64,000 nt of DNA from Nemertoderma westbladi. Its lineage: Eukaryota > Animalia > Xenacoelomorpha. The position numbers and the translations under genes were made by a program. The stretch covers positions 22,802 to 86,801 of the forward strand of contig JAUCBJ010002942.1 of NCBI GenBank assembly GCA_032718475.1, read 5' to 3'. Below, one piece after another: positions 24,880-34,892 of the stretch. The stretch's first letter is position 1. Every line of letters starts with the position of its first letter. The notes under the pieces were generated by a model. It saw only the letters and a program-made list of their open reading frames with translations, made no database searches and was not told where the DNA came from.

Positions 24880-24992
24880 CTATTTGTATTTGATACTTGA
24901 TACGGGTACTACATCGTATCTACATGATTCATTACAGATGGGTATAGCTGGTATAGCTTGAATTTCTTCTTTCTTTGGAAGTTCAAGTTGTT
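24880..24992 (-). CDS. Possible exon of an unidentified minus-strand gene
   Basis: Branch-point-like ctgac + pyrimidine tract + AG at 24993-25010; frame QLELPKKEEIQAIPAIPICNESCRYDVVPVSSIKYK*; no homology recognised. Confidence 0.3.
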
Positions 24993-25169
24993 CTAAGGGA
25001 AGCGTCAGTAGTTCTAAAGATAAACGTCAGTAATTCTAAAGAGAAGCTTTTGTAGTTCTAAATAAATAAATTGGAGTTGAGCTGTTAATGCAACTGTAAT
25101 TAAAGATGTAATATTATGGTTTTGTTCAGAAATGGAAAAATGAGAAAGCGCGTCACCGGGGGTTGAACC

Positions 25170-25215
25170 AGCGCTATACGTACGTTTCAGCCTATCAGGC
25201 CTCATCAGTAGCGCT
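25170..25215 (-). ncRNA. Type I hammerhead ribozyme (perfect helix I)
   Basis: AGCGCUA-CUGAUGA-G GCCU GAU AGGC U-GAAA-C GUAC GUA^UAGCGCU: complete catalytic core, 7-bp helix I, helix II, short helix III with palindromic GUAC loop, GUA cleavage triplet. Confidence 0.88.
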
Positions 25216-25648
25216 AACCAGTTCAGCCACTTGTCCCTGACATTCACATCCCACCTAATCAACTTCTATTGAACAGGCAGTCTTAAGTTGCATATCCTAT
25301 CTCGAACACCGGACCTACCGGCCTCAAGTATGTTAGAGTGAAACAGGAGGAAAGTACAAATAAATAAATATTCAGCTCGAGTCAGCTCGACAAAACCATA
25401 ATATTACATCTTGAATTACAGTTGCATTAACAGCTCAACTCCATTTTATTTATTTAATATCACCTGGCAGCAATACTCGAGCTGAATATTTATTTATTTG
25501 TACTTTCCTTTCCTCCTGTTTCACTCTCTAACATACTTGAGGCCGGTAGGTCCGGTGTTCGAGATAGGATATGCAACTTAAGACTGCCTGTTCAATAGAA
25601 GTTGATTAGGTGGGATGTGAATGTCAGGGACAAATGGCTGAACTGGTT

Positions 25649-25694
25649 AGCGGTACTGATGAGGCCTGATAGGCTGAAACGTACGTATAGCGCT
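25649..25694 (+). ncRNA. Type I hammerhead ribozyme (one helix I mismatch)
   Basis: AGCGGUA-CUGAUGA-GGCCUGAUAGGCU-GAAACGUACGUA^UAGCGCU; predicted cleavage after 25687. Confidence 0.82.
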
Positions 25695-26944
25695 GTTTCA
25701 TCCCCCGGTGACGCGCTTTCTCATTTTTTCCATTTCTCAACAAAACCATAATATTACATCTTGAATTACAGTTGCATTAAAAGCTCAACTCCAATTTATT
25801 TATTTAATATCACCTGGCAGCAATACTCGAGCTGAATATTTATTTATTTGTATTTTCCTCCTGTTTCACTCTAACATACTTGAGGCCGGTAGGTCCGCTG
25901 TTAGAGATAGGATATACAACTTAAGACTGCCTGTTCAATAGAAGTGGATTAGGTGGGATAGTGAATGTCAGGGACAAGTGGCTAAACTGGTTAGCGTTCT
26001 AAAGATAAACCTCAGTCGTTCTAAAGAGAAATGTCAGTAGTTCTAAAGAGAAACCTTATTAGTTCTAAAGAGGAACCTCAGTCGTTCTAAAGAGAAATGT
26101 CAGTAGTTCTAAAGAGAAACCTCATTAGTTCTAAAGAGGAACCTCATTCGTTCTAAAGAGAAATGTCAGTAGTTCTAAAGAGAAACCTCATTAGTTCGAA
26201 AGAGGAACCTCAGTCGTTCTAAAGAGAAATGTCATTAGTTCTAAAGAGAAATGTCATTAGTTCTAAAGAGGAACCTCATTCGTTCTAAAGAGAAATGTCA
26301 GTAGTTCTAAAGAGAAACCTCATTAGTTCTAAAGAGGAACCTCAGTCGTTCTAAAGAGAAATCTCATTAGTTCTAAAGAGAAATGTCATTAGTTCTAAAG
26401 AGAGACGTCAGTAGATCTAATGAGAAACGTCAGTAGATCTAATGAGAAACGTCAGTAGATCTAAAGAGCTTGGATAGATAAGATGAATAGGTAGTCTACT
26501 TTTATTATGTAACGTACTACAATCTCCAGTTGTGTGCAATGGTATATATACTATTACATATTAAGAGGTACCTTTGTTTTTTTATTTATCACTGTAGATA
26601 GATTCCACTGCTGCGTAATCAAAATGTACAGTAAAATATACAATTTTATAGTTAGTAATTGTGCAAAATAGTTTTTAGAACATCATTTTATATTTATACA
26701 ACCACTTATTGAAAAACAAACGTTTTTGATGTACCACATTATATTATTATAATGAATAACAATTTATATTTTCATGTCATTTTATAAAATTAATAGTATA
26801 TCAGTCATCAGTAATTTGAATATAAATTTATTATTTGGTATCATAGCAGTCGATTCTAGATTTTGTTTAAGAGGGGTCGTCATTTCCCATATAATTGTTT
26901 TTTGTTTAAGAGGGGTCGTCATTTCCCATATAATTGTTTTTAGT

Positions 26945-29500
26945 TTAAGAGGGGTCATCATATCCCACAGAATCTTTTTTCATCTTCCTATAATGTTTTG
27001 ATGTTATGATGAGAAACACCATGGCAACAATGGTTGAAACAGCGATCCACCCAGTAGCGAACCACATCCCGTTGATTGTTGTCAGTGTTCCAGAACATAT
27101 GGATCCAGCCACACCCCGGTAAACATTCCATATTGGCAAACATTTGGCAAACTCTGTTTTTATCACCGAATCCTTGTCAGCCAGCACATGGTTCATGAAG
27201 GCACCGAGGTAGCCTTGGAAATCAGTTAGGATTGTATCAAAAACTGGGCAATTATTTGTAGCTGGACATTTGGCTATTAAACCAGCTTTCTCGCCATCTA
27301 GATTCGCCTTGAACGTTGTTGTTTGTGTCTTGAATATGCCTGATGCTGTAGTATAAGCGTCATACGCGGTCTTTGCTGCATCTTTCTTACTTTTCGCTGT
27401 TGCCCCTTCAATAGTTGCGATACTCAACAGACTGGCATATATCGGATCAACTTCTACATTTTTCTCCCCATGAGCTCCACCAGGACTGATAGTGAAATCC
27501 ATCACTTTTCCGACAATAGTTGCAGCGGGGGCGGCGCCATCAGCAAATTCAATTCCATCGCCCAGTGCATTACAATCAGTAACTGGTGTATGGTGAGTAG
27601 CTAAGTCAACACATTCCCCATAATTAAAGATGCCTTTAATTGCAAATTGATTGAAAATAGAAATGAAAAGGGGAGGGGTACCCGTTTCAATTGTATTTAA
27701 ATTATCAAACACAGGGTCCCCAGCTGAGCCATATATATTTGGTGAACCTGCTAAAAAAGTAACCAGTGACGATTTGGCTGCATCAAAGCCACTCGAGGCC
27801 TGGCCCATTATCGCCGCAGGGTCTATGGTTGATTCAATAGATTTCATTGCATCCATGTTTCCTAACGACAGCGCTTCATAAATACCTTTGTTTTCTTTGC
27901 ATCCGTTAATCGTGTTTAAAATTCCGCCACCAGGGACAATACCAGCCAGCGGGTCAGGAAAGGCTGGGGGATTTCCACTAAAAATGTCTTCAATAATTTT
28001 TCCTGATTCTAGATCCGAGCAAATCGCAGAGAATGGAACTAATATGGTAAATGGCATGACTGTGAGGAACATGAGTAGCCAAACAATGAATACTCCAAAT
28101 ATTATGGCAATTGGCATCATCAAACATCCACCACAGTCGCTCAACATGTTACGTTTGGTGGGTTTAACTTTTCGGTAGCCAATAAGGCCTAGCAGAAATC
28201 CAACCAATGATAACACTGGTATAAGAGCACCAAGGGCGAATAGGCCCAGTCCTATATAAGTCCGATATGGATCTATGGCACCTATGCTGTCACCTATTGA
28301 TGATACCTGTTGGAACATATCAAACATGGAATTCATGCTATCTATTGATGATGTCACAGATGTTAACATGCTGCTGATGTCTACATTGTCAATGGCGGTT
28401 TTGGCAGTCGCAATTCCAGCGGTAACTTGTGTATGTATATCTCCACCATATGTATCTGCAATCGATTTAAACGTTGGAGCAGGTGGTGTAGTAATCGAAT
28501 TCACAGTCGGAATACTTAATGGCATTATTGAAGTCATTGAAGTTAAACTCTTCAGAGGTTCTATAACGGGATTTTTTAGAGTGGCACAACATGCCAATCC
28601 TGTTATTTTGTCCGTTTCGGTTTTAATCTTCATCAGGGCATCATTGTACGCCGTCATGTAATCAGTGTATTTTGTCATAAAATCATCGAAACTAGCTTGA
28701 AACGTTTTGGCTTCTGCCGTGTAGGTATTCACATGGGTATCTATCGCAGAAACAGATACAAGTAGCGGGTTAGCTAAAACAACGCCAGTTTCATCTAATT
28801 TGATTTTAAACCAATTTTTGAAGTCGCTGAACTGAGTGCCAAGAAGCCACTCGAGTTGACTTACAGTGTTGGTTACGAAACTCATCATGTCAGAAGGAAC
28901 ATCTGTTCCTAGGACTTGCAGCAGGTTTGATGGAACTTGAGCTGTCATCACCTCATTGTTCTTGTAAGCGAGAGCAGCTCCTGTCAACGCGATAACAAGA
29001 ACACCGATTGTTATCAATGTCAACACCAAGCAGATGAGAAAATTTGAATCGCTTTGCTTCATATTACCACCACACTTTCCGCAACATCTACAACAACAAA
29101 ATGCCGAGCAAATTGGACACCAGAAAGTGATTACCAGAATTCCTAAAGCAACTCCTATAAGGTATCCAAGGAATGATACCACTTGTTTCTGTAGCAGTGG
29201 CATGATTTTGCTTGAATCAATTCCACCACCATTCATCATCGGACCCACAAGATCAGTCATGATGTCTTTTGTGGGAAGCTCTTTAATTGACATGGAAACC
29301 ATTAGGTTTACCATATCGTAGTACGGTGCCATGGAGCCAAAATCGTTCGTTAATGTCTCGTCTGTGAGCTTGTAGGCTTTCTCTGGAGATGGAAGCGGGG
29401 CGAAGACAGGATTACCAGCTGCATCACTGGTTACTGTCGTGGATGAAACGGTTGCAGCCATTGTGGCAACTAAACATATTGAAAACCACTGAGTCCCCAT
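26945..29500 (-). CDS. Prominin-family pentaspan membrane glycoprotein, intronless, copy 1 (851 aa from MGTQWF)
   Basis: Signal peptide, five hydrophobic segments, CCCRCCGKCGG after TM1, two large extracellular loops, KCLPIWNVY..IC..INGMWF before TM5; start inferred from copy 2. Confidence 0.88.
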   Translation of the reverse strand: MGTQWFSICLVATMAATVSSTTVTSDAAGNPVFAPLPSPEKAYKLTDETLTNDFGSMAPYYDMVNLMVSMSIKELPTKDIMTDLVGPMMNGGGIDSSKIMPLLQKQVVSFLGYLIGVALGILVITFWCPICSAFCCCRCCGKCGGNMKQSDSNFLICLVLTLITIGVLVIALTGAALAYKNNEVMTAQVPSNLLQVLGTDVPSDMMSFVTNTVSQLEWLLGTQFSDFKNWFKIKLDETGVVLANPLLVSVSAIDTHVNTYTAEAKTFQASFDDFMTKYTDYMTAYNDALMKIKTETDKITGLACCATLKNPVIEPLKSLTSMTSIMPLSIPTVNSITTPPAPTFKSIADTYGGDIHTQVTAGIATAKTAIDNVDISSMLTSVTSSIDSMNSMFDMFQQVSSIGDSIGAIDPYRTYIGLGLFALGALIPVLSLVGFLLGLIGYRKVKPTKRNMLSDCGGCLMMPIAIIFGVFIVWLLMFLTVMPFTILVPFSAICSDLESGKIIEDIFSGNPPAFPDPLAGIVPGGGILNTINGCKENKGIYEALSLGNMDAMKSIESTIDPAAIMGQASSGFDAAKSSLVTFLAGSPNIYGSAGDPVFDNLNTIETGTPPLFISIFNQFAIKGIFNYGECVDLATHHTPVTDCNALGDGIEFADGAAPAATIVGKVMDFTISPGGAHGEKNVEVDPIYASLLSIATIEGATAKSKKDAAKTAYDAYTTASGIFKTQTTTFKANLDGEKAGLIAKCPATNNCPVFDTILTDFQGYLGAFMNHVLADKDSVIKTEFAKCLPIWNVYRGVAGSICSGTLTTINGMWFATGWIAVSTIVAMVFLIITSKHYRKMKKDSVGYDDPS

Positions 29501-30136
29501 ATTTTTTTGCACAAAAAATAAATTATATTGTGTGCTGATTGTTAACATTTATCATATCTGACAAAAAATTAATAAAGTTGTGAGCTGATTAAACTCGAGA
29601 ACTGACATTTATATGACTTAATTAATGGGAGTATTTATCAGGTATATAACAATCTCCTGATGGTTGAATGTGAACTTAGGTTAATCCAAGCCTAAATAAT
29701 TACTACTATTACTATATACCGGTTAATTGAAAAATTAACCAGAAATGCCAACGATAGCCGAGTTTAGCTAATTAGAAAATTAATTTATTGTACTGAATTA
29801 ATTAGTGAGCCTATGGCTAAGTAACAAATAATTTCAATTCACTCCCATAGATTAAACAAAGAGTCTGTGATATAAGTTTATTAATCCACATCACGATGTG
29901 TAGATTTTTACAGCACAATACGACTATTGTTCAACCTTCTTTTGTTATTCAAGATATTAGGTTCACTCCAATGTACGATAAAGATCCATACATAGAACAC
30001 ATTAGTTATAGGATTACTAATATTACCAAAGATGTATAGATAAATACAATTGGAGCGACACAGATTACAAGAAAAAAATACAAAGGGGTTCTGGCGTCAT
30101 TTTCTCAAACTTAACCATACGGTGTTATAGTAAACA

Positions 30137-30396
30137 GAGACAGGGGGGGAAACTGGACGCGAAAACCCGCCTTGGCTAATTAATATCCCGCCTCAATGTT
30201 AAATTCTCAATTTAGGGAAAGGAGCAGGTTACAGTGGTACTATAATTTAACCCAAACAATAAACTAAACACAATATAACAGGTTACAGTTTTAGTTTTGA
30301 GAGTAATCAGCTGTTATTTGTGTCGAATTACCCCTGGAGAGGGATGTATTTTTATTGCGTCCAGTTTACCCCCCCCCCCCCCCCCCCCCCCATCTC
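30137..30396. mobile_element. Second copy of G-tract MITE
   Basis: Same TIRs and interior as 15857-16109; 8-bp TSD AGTAAACA (30129-30136, 30397-30404). Confidence 0.87.
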
Positions 30397-30784
30397 AGTA
30401 AACAATAATATGATAGCGACGGTTGCATAGTAATGCAATTCAAATGTAAAGAATTTGTGAATATGTAAAGAAAGATCTGTGTGCTATGCATATCAACAAT
30501 AATGACGGAGTTTAGGACAAAGTAAGATTCATCACATTATAGTCGAGTAAGGTTCACACTTTATGGATAGTATAATTGTCAGCTCTCTCATGAACGAACA
30601 TAGTACATATAACGCCAAGATCACCATTTGTACGAAATATCAAAGGAGTGAAGTTCCCATGATGTACCCCTAATACTCGCTCCAATTATTGTTAATTTTC
30701 TACTGGCATTTAGACACCTTGTTCCTTTCTTATTAAATGAGTACTTTTAAAGACAATATATATATAAGATATATACAATATATA

Positions 30785-31795
30785 AGACCAACCAACAGTG
30801 GGCAGTGACATACCATCCACTGACAATACCCACCACCAATCGCATTTTGGGGGTGTTCTCCGTTCTATAATGACAACACACATATAATATGTTTTTAGAC
30901 CAACCAACAGTGGGCAGTGACATACCATCCACTGACAATACCCACCACCAATCGCATTTTGGGGGTGTTCTCCGTTCTATAATGACAACACACATATAAT
31001 ATGTTTTTAGACCAACCAACAGTGGGCAGTGACATACCATCCACTGACAATACCCACCACCAATCGCATTTTGGGGGTGTTCTCCGTTCTATAATGACAA
31101 CACACATATAATATGTTTTTAGACCAACCAACAGTGGGCAGTGACATACCATCCACTGACAATACCCACCACCAATCGCATTTTGGGGGTGTTCTCCGTT
31201 CTATAATGACAGCACACATATAATATGTTTTTAGACCAACCAACAGTGGGCAGTGACAAACCACCCACTTACAATACCCACCACCAATCGCATTTTGGGG
31301 GTGTTCTCTGTTCTATAATGACAACACACATATAATATGTTTTTAGACCAACCAACAGTGGGCAGTGACATACCATCCACTGACAATACCCACCACCAAT
31401 CGCATTTTGGGGGTGTTCTCTGTTCTATAATGACAACACACATATAATATGTTTTTAGACCAACCAACAGTGGGCAGTGACATACCATCCACTGACAATA
31501 CCCACCACCAATCGCATTTTGGGGTGTTCTCTGTTCTATAATGACAACACACATATAATATGTTTTTAGACCAACCAACAGTGGGCAGTGACATACCATC
31601 CACTGACAATACCCACCACCAATCGCATTTTGGGGGTGTTCTCTGTTCTATAATGACAACACACATATAATATGTTTTTAGACCAACCAACAGTGGGCAG
31701 TGACATACCATCCACTGACAATACCCACCACCAATCGCATTTTGGGGGTGTTCTCTGTTCTATAATGACAACACACATATTTCATATATTTAGAC
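30785..31795. repeat. 112-bp tandem repeat x9, each unit containing an AG-51nt-GTATGT exon-like cassette on the minus strand
   Basis: Near-identical units at 112-bp spacing. Confidence 0.95.
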
Positions 31796-31950
31796 CACAT
31801 CACATATTATTGCGCCTGTAGAACCCATCAAACCAGATGCCCCAAAATGGTCAATTAGATAAAACTGGAGAAATTGCAGAAAACTATGACTTAATTTAGC
31901 CCGGGAAGCAAATTTAAAATTAATACCAATGTTTATTTTCGTCTGATTCT

Positions 31951-32018
31951 ACTACTACTACTAGGTCGAGCGAACTCGGACAGTGGAAATTAGACCCTCC
32001 CAGGCTTTCGGATTCTTT
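31951..32018 (-). mobile_element. Tiny 3' end of RTE-like LINE family B
   Basis: (cta)n + ggtcgagcgaactcggacagt matches 20685-20750. Confidence 0.8.
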
Positions 32019-32899
32019 TAGTCTGATATACGATAATAAAACGGTCTGCATCTGCAAAGGTAACAAAAAGTCTTAACCCATTAAGTCCTAAGGTCTACAT
32101 TTGTAGACCCATGCAATATGGTGCTCTCAATTAAAAGCTGTACCAATTTATTTAGTATTTTCACTATAAATCAGACTTAGAGGCATGGGAGTACTATTTA
32201 AAGTAAATTTTAGCCCTCATGTTCGCAATACTAACATCTGACAAAAGCTCAATTTTAGTGAATTTATGCAAAAAGAGTACGAGTCAATTCAAATCTAATT
32301 TTAGGACGAAAGTTGCCTCATGTGACTTGGAGATGCAAATATTATCATCCCTGATAATTTCTGAACATATAAATGAATTATGAAGCTCCCAACAACATGT
32401 AATTAGAATTTGTGATGTCCTGAATGAGCAAGTCTACAAATGTAGACCTTAGGACTTATGGGGTACAAATATCACTGAAATTACTGTAGTACAGTATATA
32501 CTGTAATTTCAGAAGACATTTCATACAGGAATATGGATACAGGATACAGGGGCTCATAATTTCACCTGACATAGAGTAGGTACTGTACAGTCGGGCACTT
32601 TGTCAATATTGACATGTTGTCAATATTGACATGTTCCATGTCAAAATTGACATGATGTCAATATTGACATGTTTTGATCATAAATTTTTTAAATATTGTG
32701 ATTTGAAAAGTAGAAAATGTTTTTTTGTAAAGAGAATATCTATTTTAATTAACATATTGTTGAATCCAACCAATGTATATTGTTGTTTGTAATAATTTTA
32801 ATGATATGTTTTATTGCATGTCAATATTGACATCTAATGTCAATATTGACATGAACGCTGGGTTCTTATGTTCATTTCAACCCCACCAAATCTATTTAG

Positions 32900-33720
32900 A
32901 GGCCTTCAAGCAGTCAAGTAGCATCACAAATACTGAAACGAGCTGTCAAAACGCTTTAGTTAGAGACATTCTTGCTGCATTTTAAATACTGAAAAGAGCT
33001 TTTGAAACTATTCAGGCCTTCGCGCAGCATGTTAAATACTAGAAAAGAGCCACTAAAACTGTTCAGAGTCCTTTGTGCAGCATGATAAATGCTGAAAAGT
33101 GCTGTTGAAATTGTTCAGAGGGTATCATGTATCATGAGAAAAACTGAAAAGAACTGATAAAACTGCCCAGGGGCCTTCGCACAGTTTGAAAAATACATAA
33201 AAGATCTCTCAAAGCTGCTCAGAGACCTTTGTGCAGCATGATAAACGCTGAAAAAAGATTTTGAAATGAAACTATTCAGAGCTTTGTGCAGCATGATAAA
33301 TGCTGAAAAGAGCTGTTGAAACTGTTCAGAGGTCTTCGAGCAGCTTGAGAAAGACTGAAAATAAGTTTTGAAACTTTCAGGCCTTCGCACAGAAGGTGAA
33401 ATACTGAAAAGAGTTGATAAAACTGTTCACAGAGTTCTTCATGCAGCATGATAAACGCTGAAAATAAACAGTTGAAATTGTTCAGATGGCTTTGTGCAAC
33501 ATGAGAAAAGCTGAAAATTGCTGTTGAAAGTTATAAAACTGTTCAAAGTCCTTCATGCAGCATAAATGCTAAAAAATTACATTTGAAGTTGTTCAGAGGG
33601 CTTTGTGCAATATGAGAATGCTGAAAATAGCTGTTGAAACTGTTCAGATGCCTTCGTGCAGCATGATAAATGCTGAAAAGGGCTGTTGAAACTGCTAAAT
33701 GGCCTTCATGCAGCATGATG
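32900..33720. repeat. Degenerate ~56-bp tandem repeat
   Basis: Recurring gcagcatgataaatgctgaaaagagctgttgaaactgttcaga. Confidence 0.8.
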
Positions 33721-33722
33721 CA

Positions 33723-34324
33723 TGTGTCTGCACCACTGTCTGCACCAGTGTCTGCACCACTGTCTGCACCACTGTCTGCACCAGTGTCTGCACCACTGTC
33801 TGCACCAGGTGTCTGCACCACTGTCTGCACCAGTGTCCGCACCACTGTCTGCACCAGTGTCTCCACCACTGTCTGCACCACTGTCTGCACCACTGTCTGC
33901 ACCAATGTCTGCACCCGTGTCTGCACCACTGTCTGCACGAGTGTCTGCACCAGGTGTCTGCATCACTGTCTGCATCACTGTCTGCATCACTGTCTGCACC
34001 ACTGTCTGCACCAGGTGTCTGCACCACTGTCTGCACCACTTTCTGCACCAGTGTCCGCACCACTGTCTGCACCAGTGTCTGCACCACTGTCTGCACAGTG
34101 TCTGCACCAGTGTCTGCACCAGTGTCTGCACCACTGTCTGCACCAAAGTCTGCACCAGTGTCTGCACCACTGTCTGCACCAGGTGTCTGCACCATTGTCT
34201 GCACCAGTGTCTGCACCAGTGTCTTCACCACTGTCTGCACCAGTGTCTGCACCACTGTCTGCACCAGTGTCTGCACCACTGTCTGCACCACTGTCTGCAC
34301 CACTGTCCGCACCACTGTCTGCAC
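33723..34324. repeat. 12-bp minisatellite tgtctgcacca(c/g)
   Basis: ~50 tandem copies; accounts for the overlapping low-complexity ORFs. Confidence 0.96.
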
Positions 34325-34892
34325 ATATTTTTGCACAAAATAAGTGTATTTTTGTACCCTTGAAGTCCTAACGTCTACATTTGTAGACCCTATGTAAAAT
34401 CTATCTTCCCATATATGTACGTTAACCAAAGTTTGGAATTTTCTTAATAGGTCCACTTTATGCTCACAATAAAAATTTCAAGAAATTTCATTGAAGCATT
34501 CATGGTCCGGGACTTGCTGGGTTAAACCGCGGAGCGGAGAGAAAAAATATCCACTGTGCAGATCAGCTCAAGAGCGGCTGGAAAATCAGATGGTTGAAAT
34601 TGGACAGCCCCTAATATATATAAATATGTCAATTTTTATGCAATCTAACATGATAAATTAGGCCATAATCGAATTAATATCAGAAATAATTAATATTAAA
34701 CACAAATACAATTATTTTAATACAAATATTGATAATAATTACGAATTTTAGGACTGAAATATATACCATAAAATTACTCGAAATTAATTACAATATGAAT
34801 ATTACATATAACACAGACTGAAATTATCTCATCAGTATTATTGTTACAAAAGTTTATCGAAAAACTGGCAATCCATTTTAGTATTACATAGT

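Larger units (their letters stand above)
25063..25995. mobile_element. Retrozyme-like element: ~350-bp units, one inverted copy plus ~1.7 tandem direct copies
   Basis: 25063-25382 is the reverse complement of part of 25391-25995; period 350 bp (caaaaccata at 25391 and 25741); each complete unit carries a hammerhead. Confidence 0.8.
24990..26468. repeat. 21-bp minisatellite (agttctaaagagaaa(c/t)(g/c)tca(g/t)t) split by the hammerhead repeat
   Basis: Units at 24990-25062 and 25996-26468. Confidence 0.9.
32077..34521. mobile_element. piggyBac-like non-autonomous element carrying satellites
   Basis: TTAA on both sides; CCCATTAAGTCC / GGACTTGCTGGG termini; subterminal motif aagtcctaa(g/c)gtctacatttgtagaccc at 32083, 34363 and inverted at 32433. 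Confidence 0.65.

Noticed and set aside
25147-25237. Genuine tRNA gene with an intron
   Set aside because: No acceptor stem or anticodon arm; the insert folds as a hammerhead and the unit is a 350-bp repeat.
27651-29321. Plus-strand ORFs conserved in both prominin copies
   Set aside because: Antisense shadows of the near-identical coding sequences.
29501-29548. 16-aa N-terminal extension of prominin copy 1
   Set aside because: Absent from copy 2, and the signal peptide begins at MGTQWF.
33543-34456. ORFs of 135-253 aa (VQTV, CLHH, SAPL, GADS repeats)
   Set aside because: The 12-bp unit is stop-free in all frames; no unique coding flanks.
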